Virus record (IMG/VR): IMGVR_UViG_3300030329_002153
Span: 1 to 58,673 of that record
Length of the DNA stretch: 58,673 bases
Direction: 5' to 3' (one strand)
DNA from: a virus
Lineage: Duplodnaviria > Caudoviricetes
A program made the translations under genes and the position numbers. The notes beneath the pieces were generated by a model that was given only the letters and a program-made list of their open reading frames with translations, was not told the origin of the DNA and made no database searches. Each line of letters begins with the position of its first letter. Within the stretch, counting starts at the first letter, position 1. Shown here piece after piece: positions 56,689 through 58,673 of this stretch.

Positions 56689-58673
56689 ATGGCTGTGAAC
56701 GAAGACTGGGCTGCACAGCAAGGGTACGTTCCTTTCACAGGCACCGGAAAGCCTGTTGGTGGCGTGAAGATTGGCGGCAAGTGGTTCTGGAAGCCTGAGA
56801 GGCAGGGGGGGACACACTACCAGCAAAAAATGTACGAGAAGTATGGGATGCCGGACACGGGGGCGGGGGCAGTTCCGGGGGCAGTAGATCCGGGCGCACA
56901 CCCGTCCCAGCGAGGGGCAATGCCCGACTGGACAAACCCCGTTACAGATCCGTTCAACCCACAACACCAGCCTCAGCCTCAGCCTCAGCCGGATGGTCAA
57001 GGGGGGTGGGGCGATACCATGATGGACTGGGTCGACCAAGCACAGCAGGGCATACAAGATTGGTGGAAAAGCGTGCTGCCTCCGCAGGGGGGTGGGATGC
57101 CGGGGGAGCAGGGCGCGGGCCAGTTCAGCGTCCCTCCTCAGCCACATCCCGACCAGCTACACAACACTGGTCTGAGGCCGGGCGTAGAGCTTCCACCACC
57201 AATGCCGCCGGGGGGCTACCAGAACCCTCCCACCCCGAACTACTTGGACCCCCTTGGCGGGGCAATGCAGCAACATCAGGGCATAGGGCTGCACCCCGGA
57301 CCCCCGTGGCAGGGAATGCCAATGAACCAAGGTGGGTACCAGCCCAACAACCCAAACATCCCACCCCCGACAGCCCCTCAGCAACCGGCACCTCCGCAAC
57401 ATCCGATAGGTGGTGCAGTTCCGCCGGGTGTGGCATCTACAGGACAGCAGCAGGGCACAGTTCCCTACCAAAACAGCGTTACGGACGGAACAAACCCGTT
57501 TGGTGGCCAGCAGCAGCAGGCACCATACATGCAACAGACCCAGCCGTTCCCACAGACCATGGCAATGGGCGGCGGGATGAAGCAACAGGCTGACGGAACC
57601 CAGACGGTTGGGGGCAGGATGACGCAACCATCCCCGCTGATGAGCATGCCGCCGGGGGGGCCACAAGGAAACGGACAGCCAGAGCAGCAAAAGCTCGGGT
57701 TTAATACTTACCAGCCCGGCATGGCTGTTCCTTTCGGTGGTCAAAACAGCGGCGGGTCGGGGGCCGCCGCTCCTCGCCCTTTTATGCAAACCGAAGACAG
57801 ACCGCCACAAAGCCGGGGACGAATACCTTCGGGCAGTGAGATCCCCGACCACCCAATGAACCCAAGGCCCGCCCGAGACCGCCTTGGCTGGGTGCCGGAA
57901 CATTGGGACATGGCTGGCAATCCGTTCAGCAACCCAGTCCAAGACTTGGCGTATATTGAGAACCCCTACTACGACAGCCATGGGTTTGGACCGCGAGCAT
58001 TCAACTCTGCTGGGTGGGGCTGGTTCAATGAGGCTCTTGATAAGTTCGGCATGACGGCACCGGGGGAAACCCCGTGGGATCAGGTGCGCGAGCGGGACAA
58101 CCTTCCCGGCCTCCGAGGGGACAAGGTTTGGGATCACTTCAAACCATACGATGGACCCACTCTGCCCCGGATGCCGTTTCTTCCATACTTCGACCAAGAA
58201 GCGTATGGGCGGGATCGGGAAAATTGGGCAATGATGGCCCGAGAGATGGGGTTCCAGCCCAGAATGGAGCGGGTTTGGTCCTCAGATGGTGCCCCCGGAT
58301 ATTCTGTCGGCTTCGGCCCTACGCCGCCAGAAAAATTCAGTTACAAAAACAAGGTGACTGGTTGGCATCACCAGCCTTCCAACCAGTTCTATGACGCCGG
58401 TCAGGATGTTCCTTGGGAGCAGTATCGCGTTCCAGTTCGACCAGACCGAGCAGATTACTGGTCGCGACCATCCCTCCCCCCCGGCTTCCCAGATTTTCCG
58501 GGCTTCCCCGGTTGGTGGCCGCCACAGCCAGAGCCACAGCCGCCCGTCAAGCCACCGGGGCAGCGTCCACCCGTCAAGCCACCCGGCTACGGTGGTCCGG
58601 GTTGGTGGCCGCCACAGCCGCCCGTCAAGCCACCGGGGCAGCGTCCGCCCGTCAAGCCACCGGGGCAGCGTCC
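56689..58673 (+). CDS. N-terminal part of the ~1180-aa Pro/Gly/Gln/Trp-rich protein (continues at position 3)
   Basis: GGAG RBS, ATG 56689 (MAVNEDWAAQQGYVPF...); no stop before the window end; missed by the ORF track. Confidence 0.85.
   Translation, partial: MAVNEDWAAQQGYVPFTGTGKPVGGVKIGGKWFWKPERQGGTHYQQKMYEKYGMPDTGAGAVPGAVDPGAHPSQRGAMPDWTNPVTDPFNPQHQPQPQPQPDGQGGWGDTMMDWVDQAQQGIQDWWKSVLPPQGGGMPGEQGAGQFSVPPQPHPDQLHNTGLRPGVELPPPMPPGGYQNPPTPNYLDPLGGAMQQHQGIGLHPGPPWQGMPMNQGGYQPNNPNIPPPTAPQQPAPPQHPIGGAVPPGVASTGQQQGTVPYQNSVTDGTNPFGGQQQQAPYMQQTQPFPQTMAMGGGMKQQADGTQTVGGRMTQPSPLMSMPPGGPQGNGQPEQQKLGFNTYQPGMAVPFGGQNSGGSGAAAPRPFMQTEDRPPQSRGRIPSGSEIPDHPMNPRPARDRLGWVPEHWDMAGNPFSNPVQDLAYIENPYYDSHGFGPRAFNSAGWGWFNEALDKFGMTAPGETPWDQVRERDNLPGLRGDKVWDHFKPYDGPTLPRMPFLPYFDQEAYGRDRENWAMMAREMGFQPRMERVWSSDGAPGYSVGFGPTPPEKFSYKNKVTGWHHQPSNQFYDAGQDVPWEQYRVPVRPDRADYWSRPSLPPGFPDFPGFPGWWPPQPEPQPPVKPPGQRPPVKPPGYGGPGWWPPQPPVKPPGQRPPVKPPGQR
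58589..58673. repeat. Terminal direct repeat (copy 2)
   Basis: Identical to 1-85. Confidence 0.93.

Noticed and set aside
1-58673. Stop-codon reassignment
   Set aside because: Core genes are full length in the standard code, and TAA, TAG and TGA all end genes next to downstream starts.

Overview
The window looks like a complete circular or circularly permuted ~58.6 kb dsDNA phage genome: positions 1-85 are repeated exactly at 58589-58673, and one ORF runs across that join. The architecture is podovirus-like. (i) A + strand morphogenesis block from 33.3 kb through the join to 10.5 kb holds scaffold, major capsid, terminase, a polyQ-containing portal, adaptor, LamG protein, an 81-aa-repeat fibre, a nozzle-like protein, huge Pro/Gly/Gln/Trp-rich proteins and putative ejected proteins. 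(ii) A + strand DNA-metabolism operon at 10.8-16.4 kb is headed by a CsrA homologue. (iii) A holin-like + secreted trypsin protease + nuclease cassette lies at 16.7-19.1 kb. (iv) A - strand putative early region at 19-29.7 kb carries a serine recombinase, zinc-finger paralogues and a MoxR AAA+/vWA-metallopeptidase module. (v) A largely non-coding stretch at 28.3-30.5 kb is packed with perfect palindromes. I recognise no DNA polymerase, primase, endolysin, reverse transcriptase, tRNA or CRISPR array. The most unusual signals are the array of sequence-unrelated palindromes sharing a C-WW-G centre, a possible phage CsrA circuit with GGA-loop hairpins, an endolysin-free protease cassette, a split and duplicated nozzle N-terminus, and a shared DPL domain on an ADP-ribosyltransferase-like protein. 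All calls are by eye, without database searches.
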